DNA of 64,000 nucleotides from Candidatus Poribacteria bacterium (GTDB lineage Bacteria; Poribacteria; WGA-4E; PCPOR2b): the NCBI GenBank assembly GCA_965198175.1, contig OZ240245.1, positions 3,520,001-3,584,000 on the forward strand, read 5' to 3'. The first letter of the stretch is position 1. Every line of letters starts with the position of its first letter. Of this stretch, positions 19,659-30,493 are shown in pieces. The notes beneath the pieces are model-generated. The model worked only from the letters and a program-made list of their open reading frames with translations, was not told the DNA's origin and made no database searches. A program made the translations under genes and the position numbers.

Positions 19659-20360
19659 ATGCCAACTTCCACCAATGCCAACGCCCGAAACAGCGTGCTT
19701 TACATTGTGAGCACGCCGATCGGCAATCTGGAAGATATTACCCTGCGAGCCTTGCGCACCCTCAGAGAGGTGAACCTTATCGCTGCTGAAGATACCCGCC
19801 GTACCCGTAAACTGCTTGCACACTTCGATATCCACACACCAATCACCAGCCTCTTTGAGGGCAACCAAGTCCGAAAAGGCGGAAAACTGATTTCACGACT
19901 GAAAGGCGGAGATACAATCGCTTTGGTTTCGGATGCGGGTACACCAGCAGTTTCAGATCCCGGGTATCAACTTCTGGTGCAGTGCATTGAAGCAGATATT
20001 CCAGTGGTTCCAATCCCCGGAGTTTCCGCTTGCATAGCGGCGGCTTCGGTTGCTGGGCTTCCGCTGCACAACTTTGTCTTTGAAGGTTTCCTATCACCGA
20101 AGTCGGGCAAACGGAGGCGACACTTGGAAGGGCTGAGTGATGAAAGGCGAACTCTCATATTCTACGAATCTCCCCACCGACTAATCCCATTTCTACAAGA
20201 TGTCATGGAGCTTTTCGGGAATCGACGGATTGCAGTTGCGCGGGAGTTGACGAAAAAATTTGAGGAAATTTTTCGAGGGAATGTGGACGAAGCCATCGAG
20301 AAATTTCAAGCGGTATTGCCGCGGGGAGAATTTACCGTAGTAATTGCCGGGAAAGAATAA
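19659..20360 (+). CDS. rsmI: 16S rRNA (C1402-2'-O)-methyltransferase
   Basis: TPIGNLEDIT.RA, AEDTR, SDAGTP.VSDPG, YESPHR, RELTK. Confidence 0.96.
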   Translation: MPTSTNANARNSVLYIVSTPIGNLEDITLRALRTLREVNLIAAEDTRRTRKLLAHFDIHTPITSLFEGNQVRKGGKLISRLKGGDTIALVSDAGTPAVSDPGYQLLVQCIEADIPVVPIPGVSACIAAASVAGLPLHNFVFEGFLSPKSGKRRRHLEGLSDERRTLIFYESPHRLIPFLQDVMELFGNRRIAVARELTKKFEEIFRGNVDEAIEKFQAVLPRGEFTVVIAGKE

Positions 20361-20459
20361 AGTCGGAAACGAACGGATTTAGAAAAGACGACAAGGCTGG
20401 AAACATGGGAGACACGGATGATTTGAGATAGGTGGTTCCTTATTCGAAAGGAGGAACTT

Positions 20460-21284
20460 ATGGCGTTGACAGAAGCACAAGTGGCATTTTTCGAGGCGTT
20501 TGGTTACCTTCATCTACCGGGATTCATGAGCGATGAGCTTGACTGGATCTCCGAAGAGCACGCGAAGCTGTTCGTTGAATTCGACATAGAGCCGGACGGT
20601 GAGCGTACAGTAGATCTCATCCCATTTATCGCCCTGAGCGACCGTTTGATGCGATTGCTGGAGCATCCGAAGGTGCGCGGCGCTCTTACCCCGTTGGTAG
20701 GCGAAGATTTCAATTATCTTGGCAGTGATGGCCATTACTACGCGGACGAGATAGATTTCCACCCGGACAGCGATCGTCATGCGTGGATGTCTATGAAGTT
20801 CGGGATGTATTTGGATTCTTTGACACAAGAAACCGGCTGCCTTCGAGTAATTCCGGGAAGTCACCTCCTAGGACCTTGGCGGGATCATGTGTACGAATGG
20901 GCAAACGTACAGGTCCGCCGGAAAACAAGCGGTCGGGACAGCCTGCCTGAACTTAGAGCGAAGATGCCCTCCATGGCGCTGGAGAATGAGCCCGGTGACG
21001 TTGTGCTCTTCAACCACAACACCTTTCACGCATCTTTTGGCGGCAACGCGTACAGGCGTATGTTCGCAATCAACGTTGGCTGCCGGGCTCGGACCGATGC
21101 CGAGCTAAAAGATCTCGACTCATTTCTTGAGTTCACGTGTCGCACGGGGCAGCCCATCTACTCAAAGCGTATGCTTGAGCAAGCCTCGCCCAAAATCATG
21201 ATTCATCTCGAACAGACAATGGAGAGAGAGCTAGCTCTTTGGGGCAAACACCGGATGGAAGTCCATGCAAACAGGCGGCAATAG
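20460..21284 (+). CDS. Phytanoyl-CoA dioxygenase (PhyH) family
   Basis: HPD, GCLRVIPGSH, PGDVVLFN..FH. Confidence 0.88.
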   Translation: MALTEAQVAFFEAFGYLHLPGFMSDELDWISEEHAKLFVEFDIEPDGERTVDLIPFIALSDRLMRLLEHPKVRGALTPLVGEDFNYLGSDGHYYADEIDFHPDSDRHAWMSMKFGMYLDSLTQETGCLRVIPGSHLLGPWRDHVYEWANVQVRRKTSGRDSLPELRAKMPSMALENEPGDVVLFNHNTFHASFGGNAYRRMFAINVGCRARTDAELKDLDSFLEFTCRTGQPIYSKRMLEQASPKIMIHLEQTMERELALWGKHRMEVHANRRQ

Positions 21285-21425
21285 GAAGCATAACGTGTTC
21301 GCACAGGTATATGCGGCGTCAGTAGCTCACAAACCAACGATTTGTTAAAAGGTTGCGTGATTCTGTACAACTAATACGGGTTGTTTTACCGGCGTTGGTA
21401 CATTTATGATTTCGCAACCACCTCA

Positions 21426-22283
21426 TCAGCAACCAATCTGGGATGGAAATTCTGGCACGCCTCGGATTCCCACGTTAATTCGAAACAGCGCACCGGCGCC
21501 GGACCCCTCTTCCGTCTTATTATCGCCTCCTGCGGTTGTGACATACATGTCCGTATAATCCTCACCGCCGAAGATAACGCTGGACACTTTCTTTGCCGGA
21601 AACTCGATGCGGCGGTCCTCTCTACCGTCAGGCGAGTAGCGGACGAGACAACTCCCATCCCAGCGTGCAGACCAAATGTATCCTTCCGCATCAACCGTCA
21701 TTCCATCCGGCATGCCCTCGCCTTCCGGAGTCCGGACGAAAACCCCCCGGCTTGTGATGTCGCCCGTATCCTGATCGTAGTCGAATAGGTAAATTTCGCG
21801 TTTCGGCGTATCGGTATAGTACATCTGCTTTCGGTCAGGTGTAAATCCCATACCGTTTGAGATATCGACATCGTCAAGCAACTCGGTTAACCTCCCATCC
21901 GTGTCGAGACGATAAAGTCGGCCAGGGCGGTCTGCGGTTGACATCGTTCCGCAAAAAACACGACCGACCGGGTCAGCAATTACGTCGTTGAAGCGCGTCT
22001 CACGTTCATTCGGAATCTCTTCGTAGATGTAGTGGAGCCTCCCATCCCGCCAGATGGCAATTGCACCCTTTGCCATGAATAGCAACAGGGAACCGTCTAC
22101 CTGAATTGTGAATCCGCCCACGACTTCACCTTCGTAAAACTTTTCATGCCCCCCTGTTGCCGGGTTGTAACGGAACATCCGCCCCATAGGAATGTCAGTC
22201 CAATATACACGCCTTTCAGCGGGATGCCACAAGGGACCTTCACCTGTCACGCATTCGTAGTCGGCGATTAGTTCTGGTGTCAT
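21426..22283 (-). CDS. SMP-30/gluconolactonase family
   Basis: GEGPLW, RFND, SNG, PDGMTVD. Confidence 0.92.
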   Translation of the reverse strand: MTPELIADYECVTGEGPLWHPAERRVYWTDIPMGRMFRYNPATGGHEKFYEGEVVGGFTIQVDGSLLLFMAKGAIAIWRDGRLHYIYEEIPNERETRFNDVIADPVGRVFCGTMSTADRPGRLYRLDTDGRLTELLDDVDISNGMGFTPDRKQMYYTDTPKREIYLFDYDQDTGDITSRGVFVRTPEGEGMPDGMTVDAEGYIWSARWDGSCLVRYSPDGREDRRIEFPAKKVSSVIFGGEDYTDMYVTTAGGDNKTEEGSGAGALFRINVGIRGVPEFPSQIGC

Positions 22284-22484
22284 GCTTATCCTCCACGTGA
22301 TTAGTTGTCATGTACGGTATTATCATTCGGAATCCTTCACTCCACTTTCCCCTTGTATCATGCCTAAAGGCGCAAGCACAGGGATAGCAGTTTTTTTGAG
22401 ATGTGAAATGCGGAATAAAGTGTCCGCTCAAGGATATCGGAATATGCCTTAAATGTCAAACTTGCAATAGTACGAAATTAGCTC

Positions 22485-22513
22485 TTGACAATTCGACAGA
22501 ACTACGATAGATT
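22485..22513 (+). promoter_or_regulatory. Sigma70-like promoter upstream of the kinase-murQ operon
   Basis: TTGACA-17 nt-TAGATT. Confidence 0.5.
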
Positions 22514-22585
22514 GTTTTTTTCTTTCTGGGTAGGATTCTAGACTTTATGTAACACATCTCTTATCACTTCCTCCCGGAGGTATAA

Positions 22586-23518
22586 GTGAACTATATCATC
22601 GGCATTGATGGTGGAGGTACGAAAACAGTTGGGATTCTCGCGGACCAAACAGGACAAGTTCACACAAGAGTTGCAGTTGGTGCTACTAACTACCACACTG
22701 TTGGGAAAACGCAAACGAAAAAAGTTCTGGAAGATCTCATCTCACAGTTGCTAGCTCAGGCGAATGTGACACTGGAGAATTGTATCGGCTCCTGTTTGGG
22801 CATGGCAGGACTTGCTTGCCCAGCCGATGGGGAAGTAATAAAACGGATTTGCAATGAAATCGGCATTCACAGAAACTGTATTCTGACACATGACGCGCAA
22901 ATTGCGTTAGTCGGTGGAACCGGTAAGCTAGAGGGCGTTATTGTAGTCTCTGGAACAGGATCAATCGTCTACGGAGTTAACTCCGACGGCGTGGAGGCGC
23001 GCTCCGGCGGTTGGGGACATCTGCTTGGGGATGAGGGGAGTGGCTACGGCATCGTGCTTTGTGGACTCCGAGCGATTGCACGGGCGGCAGATGGACGCGG
23101 CATACCTACACAACTTACGGATATGATGCTCAACGAGATTGGACAGCGACAACCAAGCGATCTCATACGCTGGGTGCACAATGCGAGCAAAGATCAGGTT
23201 TCCACGCTTGCAAAGTTGATTTTTGTTGCGATGGAGGGCGGGGATTCGGCTGCCCAACAAATCATTCAACACGCTGCCGATGAGCTTGTGCTTGCCACCC
23301 AAGTAGTGATTCACAAATTAGGAATAAATCAGCCATCAGATATCGTTTTCAGTGGCGGGATAATGACGCACCAACCGGGGTTTGTTAATCTGCTGCGCGA
23401 GTGTTTACACCCTATGGCGCCGAATGCCCGGATTGACTTGGCGAAACACGAGCCAGCCTATGGAGCAATACTCTTGGCAAAGCTACAGTCTTCATCCCAC
23501 ACATCTTTGCTAAATTAA
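22586..23518 (+). CDS. N-acetylglucosamine/MurNAc kinase (BadF/BcrA-type)
   Basis: GIDGGGTKT, SGTGS, GGWGHLLGDEGSG; directly upstream of murQ. Confidence 0.88.
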   Translation: MNYIIGIDGGGTKTVGILADQTGQVHTRVAVGATNYHTVGKTQTKKVLEDLISQLLAQANVTLENCIGSCLGMAGLACPADGEVIKRICNEIGIHRNCILTHDAQIALVGGTGKLEGVIVVSGTGSIVYGVNSDGVEARSGGWGHLLGDEGSGYGIVLCGLRAIARAADGRGIPTQLTDMMLNEIGQRQPSDLIRWVHNASKDQVSTLAKLIFVAMEGGDSAAQQIIQHAADELVLATQVVIHKLGINQPSDIVFSGGIMTHQPGFVNLLRECLHPMAPNARIDLAKHEPAYGAILLAKLQSSSHTSLLN

Positions 23519-23519
23519 A

Positions 23520-24443
23520 ATGCCGGAAAATCTTTCTAAACTCATCACCGAAGGGCGCAATCCAAGCTCAATGGATATAGATCTTAAATCGGCAGAAGAT
23601 ATCGTACAGATCTTCAACGAAGAAAATCGGAAATTACTTGCAGCCGTTGAAACCGAAGCGTCGTCAATTGCACGAGCGGTGGATTTAATTACAGCCGTGT
23701 TTCGAAGCGGAGGTAGACTTTTTTACATCGGTGCCGGAACAAGCGGCAGGCTCGGCGTCCTTGATGCCTCTGAGTGCCCGCCTACTTTCAGCACTGATCC
23801 TAGCATGGTGCAAGGTATCATCGCAGGGGGAGATCGTGCGCTGCGACAAGCTGTGGAAGGGGCGGAAGATCGACATGACGCTGGTGCAGATACAATCCGG
23901 GAACACGGAGTTACCAATCGAGATGCGGTCGTTGGAATCGCTAGCAGTGGACGTACGCCCTACGTGCTTGGTGCGCTAGCAGAGGCAGATCGAATCGGTG
24001 CAAAGACAATCTTTCTCTGTTGTGTCCCGCCGGGGGATAGCTTGACGACATTTGTTGATGTGTTGATCACGCCGATTGTGGGCCCCGAGATTATTGCAGG
24101 CTCAACCCGCATGAAGGCTGGAACGGCGACCAAGCTCGTTCTAAACATGCTAACTACCATCTCAATGGTTATGGTCGGGAAGGTTTACAACAACTTGATG
24201 GTCGATGTTCAGGCATCAAACGCAAAGATGATTGATCGAGGCACACGCATCGTCATGGAGGTAGTTGGTACGGATTACGAAACGGCGCAAGCGGCATTGC
24301 AACATGCCGACGGCAGCGCGAAGGTTGCGATTGTCATGCTAGCGAAGAGGGTTGATCAGGAAGAAGCCGTTGCCCGGTTGGAGAGACACAGTGGCTTTTT
24401 GCGGCAGGTGTTGGAAGAATCCAATACCAGTTCCAATCTATAA
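23520..24443 (+). CDS. murQ: N-acetylmuramic acid 6-phosphate etherase
   Basis: GAGTSGRLGVLDASECPPTF, GSTRMKAGTATKLVLNM. Confidence 0.97.
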   Translation: MPENLSKLITEGRNPSSMDIDLKSAEDIVQIFNEENRKLLAAVETEASSIARAVDLITAVFRSGGRLFYIGAGTSGRLGVLDASECPPTFSTDPSMVQGIIAGGDRALRQAVEGAEDRHDAGADTIREHGVTNRDAVVGIASSGRTPYVLGALAEADRIGAKTIFLCCVPPGDSLTTFVDVLITPIVGPEIIAGSTRMKAGTATKLVLNMLTTISMVMVGKVYNNLMVDVQASNAKMIDRGTRIVMEVVGTDYETAQAALQHADGSAKVAIVMLAKRVDQEEAVARLERHSGFLRQVLEESNTSSNL

Positions 24444-24468
24444 TGCTCTCTACAGAATGTAGTATCAC

Positions 24469-24606
24469 CTAACAGCAACACCATGAAATGGATAGTCCCA
24501 TATCCAATTGCTCCTGAATATCTCCACGAACATAACGTCCAAACAGATATACCCTTTGTAGATCCACAGTTGCTGCCAGACAATCAACAGCTTTCTCGAT
24601 TACTCC
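24469..24606 (-). pseudogene. Degenerate minimal nucleotidyltransferase (MNT) remnant
   Basis: Stop-bounded frame reads IEKAVDCLAATVDLQRVYLFGRYVRGD, resembling MNT VxLFGSYARG; the DxD motif is lost. Confidence 0.4.
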
Positions 24607-24751
24607 CTGTTAATATTAAAATATCCTCCTGATTTCCAGATAATTCATACAATCTGTAGTAAATTTCTGCCTACCTCTCCACGAAGTTCGAAAGAATAGA
24701 GGGTAGCTATCGGTGGGTTATATAAACCTGAACAGTTGTCGCTTGTCCAAC

Positions 24752-25669
24752 CTAATTGCTCAGGCCGATAATCTCTCGCGCTTCGTCTGGCGATGCAATC
24801 TCTCGTCCCATTGAGCGTGCGATTTTGACTGCTTTTTCCACAAGTTCGGCGTTGCTCGTGGCAAGTGTACCGGGTTCAAGGTACGGACAATCTTCGAATC
24901 CGATGCGCACATGGCCGCCTAGGGCGATGGCGTGCGTAATTAAGGGCCAGTATGCCTCCGGATCCAAACAACTCACATGATAATTAGCGCGCGGCGGTAA
25001 GTGGTCTACCATGAAGTTGAGCGCTCGCGCTGTTGGTGGCATCCAGCCCTGTCCGGTCCAACCAAACAAGAGTTCAATCCAAAGCGGTTCCGGCAAGAGC
25101 CCTTTCTCCTCCTCGTAGGTACCATCGTCATTGAAAAACTTGCCCTCACGAATCTTGCTGACGGCCCAGTAGCCCCCAGGACTGAAGCACTCAACTTCTA
25201 GTTTGACATTATACTTGTTAGCCAAGCGGGCGTAGTCCCTAAGTTCGTTGATTGGATGAACGGAGTAGCAAGCAATCGGGGGATACTCAGGGTCAGGCTG
25301 AAAAAACTCGTCGTGCGAGTTGAAGTTAATGGAAGTCATCTCAGGGCGAAACTCTTTCCACATCTCGACCTTTTGCTCTAACCGGATGCTAGCCAGCCCA
25401 AACTGTAGAATTGGGTTACCTGAAGCCCGTATTCTATCAGTAATGTCGCGCCAACCATCCATGATTGGAACCTGCAATTGGCGTCCGTCAGGTTGTATCT
25501 CGGTATCAATCTCATATGAGCCGTGGGTGTGCGCAATCGCAGCTCCGGCATCGACAGACCGGATGTATTCCTCCGCAACTCCCTTTGTATCCGATGGCTT
25601 GGGACAATAGGGATTGCGAGGCCAGCACATCGTTGAGTCAGAAGTAATAGTGATGATTAGCTTATCCAT
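24752..25669 (-). CDS. Beta-keto acid cleavage enzyme (BKACE/Kce family)
   Basis: DAGAAIAHTH, LEVECF, LGGHVRIGFED, SNAELV. Confidence 0.88.
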   Translation of the reverse strand: MDKLIITITSDSTMCWPRNPYCPKPSDTKGVAEEYIRSVDAGAAIAHTHGSYEIDTEIQPDGRQLQVPIMDGWRDITDRIRASGNPILQFGLASIRLEQKVEMWKEFRPEMTSINFNSHDEFFQPDPEYPPIACYSVHPINELRDYARLANKYNVKLEVECFSPGGYWAVSKIREGKFFNDDGTYEEEKGLLPEPLWIELLFGWTGQGWMPPTARALNFMVDHLPPRANYHVSCLDPEAYWPLITHAIALGGHVRIGFEDCPYLEPGTLATSNAELVEKAVKIARSMGREIASPDEAREIIGLSN

Positions 25670-25843
25670 GTTTGTATCTCCTCTTTTGTACTTTCGTTGA
25701 TAGTGGAATTAACCTTCGGGACGTTTTTGGCCTTCCGAACGGTATTAGGAAAATACGATTAGTCAATTTTGACACACAAAATTGATAATAAGCAGCATAC
25801 TTTTCCCTTTGCATTGACGATCTAGATCTGCAGCAATTAAAGG

Positions 25844-25877
25844 GTAGACGGTGACTGACCCCACGGGTTGTCATCCG
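25844..25877 (+). repeat. REP-like GTAG palindrome
   Basis: gtag-a-cggtgactgacc-ccac-gggttgtcatccg, an imperfect intergenic hairpin. Confidence 0.35.
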
Positions 25878-25970
25878 AAAGGCGCAATTTCACGCATTTT
25901 TGAGCACTGCATAAATTTTCAATTGCAAGCGATACAGCAGATCCTATCCTATAGGCGGTAAGCTGGGGCA

Positions 25971-27029
25971 TTACCCTAATGCCTTCCGACCGGCTGGTGT
26001 TAGCAACACAACTCGACCCAGCGCCTTGCCAGTTCGCAAGAATGCTAAAGCCTCGTTGGCTTTTTCCAAGGGGTACAAATCGGTGACGATGGATTTAATC
26101 TTGCCCGCGGCTACCAGTTGAACGGTATTGATTAGGTCGAGCATCCGACCACCCCGCGTGCCAATGACAGTCAGTTCGTTTTGGTCAAGCTGTTCCCCTT
26201 TCAGCGGGTAGCGTTCCTCGGTATATCCGACAAGCACCAGCCGCCCACCGCGCCGTAGAGAATCCATTCCGTAGGTCACAGTCTCTTCAACGCCGACAAC
26301 GTCCATTACACAGTCTACACCTTGCCCTTCTGTGAGGTCGTGCACGGCTTCAGTGATGTCTACCTCGCGCGAGTTGAGAGCCGCATCGGCACCCATTTCG
26401 CGGGCGCGTTGTGCCTTCGCCTCGGACTGGTCAACGGTCACGACACGAGCACCCGCCATCTTGCAGAGCTGTGTTACTACTGCGCCCACACCTCCGACAC
26501 CGATGACAAGGACAGTTTCACCCAGTTTCACTCCACTCCTATCAACAGCATGAACCGCAGTGATTCCCGCATCACAGCACACCGCGGCATCATGCCACGC
26601 CACGTTCTCTGGCACAAGGACGAGTTGCCGGGCGAGCACCGTCGTGTACTCCGCGTAGCCACCATCCCGCTCTAGTATTCCTACGAGACCGGTCATGTTC
26701 AAGCAGAGTTGCTCCCGGCGGGCACGGCAATATGAGCATTTGCCACAGTAGAAATAGTTGTAGGCAACAACACGGTCGCCCGGTTTGAAGCCTGTCACTT
26801 GGCTGCCGACCTTTGCCACAATGCCTGCTGTCTCGTGGCCAAGTACAATTGGCAGTTTCGGTATGTAGGCAAACCCATCAAGTATCTTCCAGTCGGTTAT
26901 GTCGGCGCCGCACGCCATGACCTGCAAAAGCACCTCATCAGGACCAGGGACAGGCATTTCTACTTCTTCCAGTTTCAAGGGTTGGTTACGCGCATGAAGT
27001 ACAAATGCTTTCATGCCTACTTCCTTCAA
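25971..27029 (-). CDS. Zinc-binding alcohol dehydrogenase family
   Basis: LGHE, CGKCSYC..C, GVGGVG. Confidence 0.92.
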   Translation of the reverse strand: MKEVGMKAFVLHARNQPLKLEEVEMPVPGPDEVLLQVMACGADITDWKILDGFAYIPKLPIVLGHETAGIVAKVGSQVTGFKPGDRVVAYNYFYCGKCSYCRARREQLCLNMTGLVGILERDGGYAEYTTVLARQLVLVPENVAWHDAAVCCDAGITAVHAVDRSGVKLGETVLVIGVGGVGAVVTQLCKMAGARVVTVDQSEAKAQRAREMGADAALNSREVDITEAVHDLTEGQGVDCVMDVVGVEETVTYGMDSLRRGGRLVLVGYTEERYPLKGEQLDQNELTVIGTRGGRMLDLINTVQLVAAGKIKSIVTDLYPLEKANEALAFLRTGKALGRVVLLTPAGRKALG

Positions 27030-27079
27030 TGTTCGATTTTCTCATGATCTTATGCTTTTCAATTGTACTAGCTAGATCT

Positions 27080-27400
27080 TCATAACGGAATAGGACGGGC
27101 TATCGCATCCAGAAACGCCGGTTGTGATGATAAAACCACATTCCACTCACGGATGTGAATCTCTGGCCATAGATTGGCCTGATAGTAGGGATCTTCCTGA
27201 ATTATCTTCTCTACTTCCATCTGAGATTCCGCCCGGAACACAATAAGCCCGCCATCATATGCGTCCGCCCATGGACCGGACATAATGATTCGGCCAGCGT
27301 CTCTGAGTTCGTAAAAGTGCTTCAGATGCGCCTCACGATAAGGTTTGCGCCGTTCCATGGCATTGGGTACAAAGGTGAAGATGACTGCATACGTATTCAT
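27080..27400 (-). CDS. YciI family protein
   Basis: R..H, SGP, EDPYY. Confidence 0.85.
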   Translation of the reverse strand: MNTYAVIFTFVPNAMERRKPYREAHLKHFYELRDAGRIIMSGPWADAYDGGLIVFRAESQMEVEKIIQEDPYYQANLWPEIHIREWNVVLSSQPAFLDAIARPIPL

Positions 27401-27655
27401 AGCTTTCCCCCGGGAATTAAGCTGTCGTAATTATAACAGATGAGAGATAACTTTACCTGCTAAAATATAAATCACAATGTTCTGAAACTATCTGATCATT
27501 GAACATATACTACCTCATTCTTTACACCAAATCATTTTCATTCGTGTTGAAGCTGTCTTCTAAATCTGGTACAATAAAAGTGAATCCGCGGTAGGAAACA
27601 GAGGCGGGCAGGGAGAAATTAAACCCTTCCACCCATTTATGATACATTAACGCAG

Positions 27656-28936
27656 TTGAAGGAAACAATCCAAAAGGTTAATCCATTGAAAATCGCATAT
27701 TTTGATTGCTTCTCGGGCATCAGTGGAGATATGGCGCTAGGTGCGTTAGTTGATGTAGGTGTCCGACCAGACGCACTGAATGTGGAGTTAGCAAAATTAA
27801 AACTTGACGAATTTACCTTGTATTTCGAAAAGACAACTAAACATGGAATTGCGGGCACACGAGCAATCGTGGAAATAACCGAATCACAATCAGTGTCTTC
27901 GCGCTCCAAGACTCATCACAGCGACTCCCATCACCATGGACACACCCATCAGCCAAGTCGATGCCTCTCCGACGTTCTTACTATCCTTGACAACAGCAAT
28001 CTTGAGGATAGAATTGTTACGTGTGCAAAACAGATTTTCGATCGGCTCGCAGAAGCGGAGGCAAGAGTCCACGACATGCCCAAAGATAGGGTTCACCTAC
28101 ACGAGGTCAGCGGTGTCGATTCGATGGTGGACATCGTGGGCGTTGTGATTGGATTACATCTATTGGGAATCGAGGAGATTTATGCCTCTCCATTATTGAT
28201 GGGAAGTGGGTTTGTCCGCTGCGCTCATGGACTGATGCCAGTTCCGGCGCCAGGGACGCTTGAACTGCTGCGGGGCGTCCCTGTACATCAAACCGAAATC
28301 CGCAAAGAGTTAGTGACTCCCACCGGCGCAGCGATTGTCACAGCCCTCGGACGTGGATTTGGACCTATGCCAGCAATGGTCATTGATCGAGTCGGGTACG
28401 GTGCAGGAACGCGTAACCTTGAGGAACAACCCAACCTCCTACGTATTGTTACCGGTGAAAAGAGAAGCGACTTGGAGCACGATCAGGTCTGTCTCATCGA
28501 AACGAACCTTGATGACCTTTCCCCAGAGATTATGGCTTACGTGACGGAGAAGCTTTTTGAACAGGGCGCGCTTGATGTTTTCCTGACACCAATCTTGATG
28601 AAGAAAGGGCGAGCGGCGACGAAACTGAGTGTGCTCGCCAACGTCACGCTCCAAGAGGCTATGATGGAAACCCTCCTCATGGAAACAACAACATTTGGTG
28701 TCAGATTTTCCGCCGTTGAAAGATTTAAACTCTCCCGCCATTTCACTGAAGTCAAAACACGATGGGGAGTCGTTCGAGTGAAACACGGGTATTCCGGAGA
28801 CAAGCTACTCAAAAGTATACCCGAATACGAGGATTGTAAACGTCTTGCCGAACAGAATCACATTCCACTCAAAGAGATTTATGAGGAAGCCATCCGTTGC
28901 CTGCATATTAAAGATTCCACAAATCACGACAATTAA
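27656..28936 (+). CDS. larC: Nickel pincer cofactor biosynthesis protein LarC
   Basis: DCFSGISGDM, His-rich insert, HEV, CAHG..PVPAP, TPTGAA, ETNLDD, PEYEDC. Exact start uncertain. Confidence 0.93.
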   Translation: MKETIQKVNPLKIAYFDCFSGISGDMALGALVDVGVRPDALNVELAKLKLDEFTLYFEKTTKHGIAGTRAIVEITESQSVSSRSKTHHSDSHHHGHTHQPSRCLSDVLTILDNSNLEDRIVTCAKQIFDRLAEAEARVHDMPKDRVHLHEVSGVDSMVDIVGVVIGLHLLGIEEIYASPLLMGSGFVRCAHGLMPVPAPGTLELLRGVPVHQTEIRKELVTPTGAAIVTALGRGFGPMPAMVIDRVGYGAGTRNLEEQPNLLRIVTGEKRSDLEHDQVCLIETNLDDLSPEIMAYVTEKLFEQGALDVFLTPILMKKGRAATKLSVLANVTLQEAMMETLLMETTTFGVRFSAVERFKLSRHFTEVKTRWGVVRVKHGYSGDKLLKSIPEYEDCKRLAEQNHIPLKEIYEEAIRCLHIKDSTNHDN

Positions 28937-29070
28937 CCGCTGAACACCTACTATATACAATCAAGATTGTATATAAGATTTTGCATCAGAATCAGCGTGA
29001 ATTCGGTTATAGGATAATCCTAGTTGACTCACATACAATTGGTAACTATTTTTACACATATTTGTTTCAC

Positions 29071-29099
29071 TTGCATAAAAATAACAACAATGCTAGAAT
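29071..29099 (+). promoter_or_regulatory. Sigma70-like promoter ~210 nt upstream of dtd
   Basis: TTGCAT-17 nt-TAGAAT with extended TG. Confidence 0.55.
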
Positions 29100-29309
29100 A
29101 AGAGAATATGAAATTCAGTTGCTTTCAGTATTCACCTCGGGTGCCAATGAAACACTATTGAGTTGAAGTTGTGTAATCGTCAATATGGTAGACAGTGACG
29201 GCTTCCGATGTCCTCGATTTCGATCGAGGTGAACAGAGGTGTCAGAAAACGTGTCGAAGAAGCACGAAGATGAGCAAATCTGAGTGAGAATCAACGATTA
29301 CGGCAAACG

Positions 29310-29759
29310 ATGAGAGTTGTTATTCAACGGGTTAAATCTGCAAGTGTAATGGTGGAGGGAGAACGTATTTCTGAGATTCGTCAGGGATTGCTTATTTTCC
29401 TCGGTGTTGCGCAGGAGGATACTTCCGACGATGTCGATTATCTGGCAAACAAGATTGCCAATCTCCGGATTTTCGAAGACAAAGCGGGCCGGATGAACAG
29501 ATCGTTACTAGAGAGTGGTGGTGAAATCCTTGTTGTTTCTCAATTTACGCTCTACGGAGATTGTCGCAAGGGGAGACGACCAAGCTTCATCGCAGCGGCG
29601 CATCCAGATAAGGGAATAATACTCTATCAAGAATTTATAGAAGCCATCACAAAGCTGGGCGTGCCGGTTAAAACGGGTATTTTTCAGGCGATGATGGATG
29701 TCCAGTTGATTAACGATGGACCCGTAACGATAATGCTTGACAGCAGTAAGCTGTTTTAA
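29310..29759 (+). CDS. dtd: D-aminoacyl-tRNA deacylase
   Basis: SQFTL, GRRPSF, NDGPVT. Confidence 0.97.
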   Translation: MRVVIQRVKSASVMVEGERISEIRQGLLIFLGVAQEDTSDDVDYLANKIANLRIFEDKAGRMNRSLLESGGEILVVSQFTLYGDCRKGRRPSFIAAAHPDKGIILYQEFIEAITKLGVPVKTGIFQAMMDVQLINDGPVTIMLDSSKLF

Positions 29760-30180
29760 TACTTCAGCACATAACGCTTTATGGCAATCCGTGTTTTGGA
29801 GGTGTCCGAATCGCAGTTCAGATTGATAGGTACTGAGATGAACGATCACCGTTGCGTTGCCGAATGTGCATCAAAACCAGCAGAGATGAAATTCAATCGG
29901 CAAAGATTGATCTCAATGTGCCGATTCGCTTCTTCTCTACCAATTCCATCTGGATAGTTTTACCCGCTTATTCTTTCTAGAGACTTTAAAATTGCCGCAG
30001 GGCGGGCAAAACGGAGTGTCCTTCCAGCGTATTTTCTCTAGGTGTTCTAAGCAGCTTTCTTCAGTTGGGAGTGTTTCCATAATTTTGCTATCTACTATGA
30101 ATACACGTTTGGATAAATTGATTTTGGATGTTCTTTTTACTCATTAACTATGAATTGCGTTAATTTTTAAGGATAGTAAT

Positions 30181-30480
30181 ATGTACAAGGATATAATAAG
30201 TTAGAAGTTAGCAGAGAATATTTCTGAAGAGCATTTGTTAAATGTTGCAACTGATATTACAAAAAATTGGATGCGCAAACAGTCCGGTTTTATTAAATGG
30301 GAAATTCACAAAAACAACAATGGAGATTATACCGACATTGTTTATTGGAAATCAAAGGGCGATGCAAAAAAGGCAGAAGCAGACATGGTGAATATCCCAA
30401 ATGCTAATGATTGGTATTCTTGCTATGAGAAAGGTTCAATTTCTAGTAAAAATCTAAATCAGGTAGCAACATTTCATTAA
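30181..30480 (+). pseudogene. AT-rich small ABM-like gene with in-frame TAG at codon 8
   Basis: AAGGA RBS, then ATG30181 MYKDIIS-TAG(30202-30204)-KLAENISEEHLL, continuing in frame into ORF 30235-30480. Confidence 0.6.
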
Positions 30481-30493
30481 GTAAGGATGATTT

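Noticed and set aside
29840..29900. Minus-strand ISAGFDAH, a histone-deacetylase-like motif
   Set aside because: Isolated 8-aa match in a short frame with no flanking similarity.
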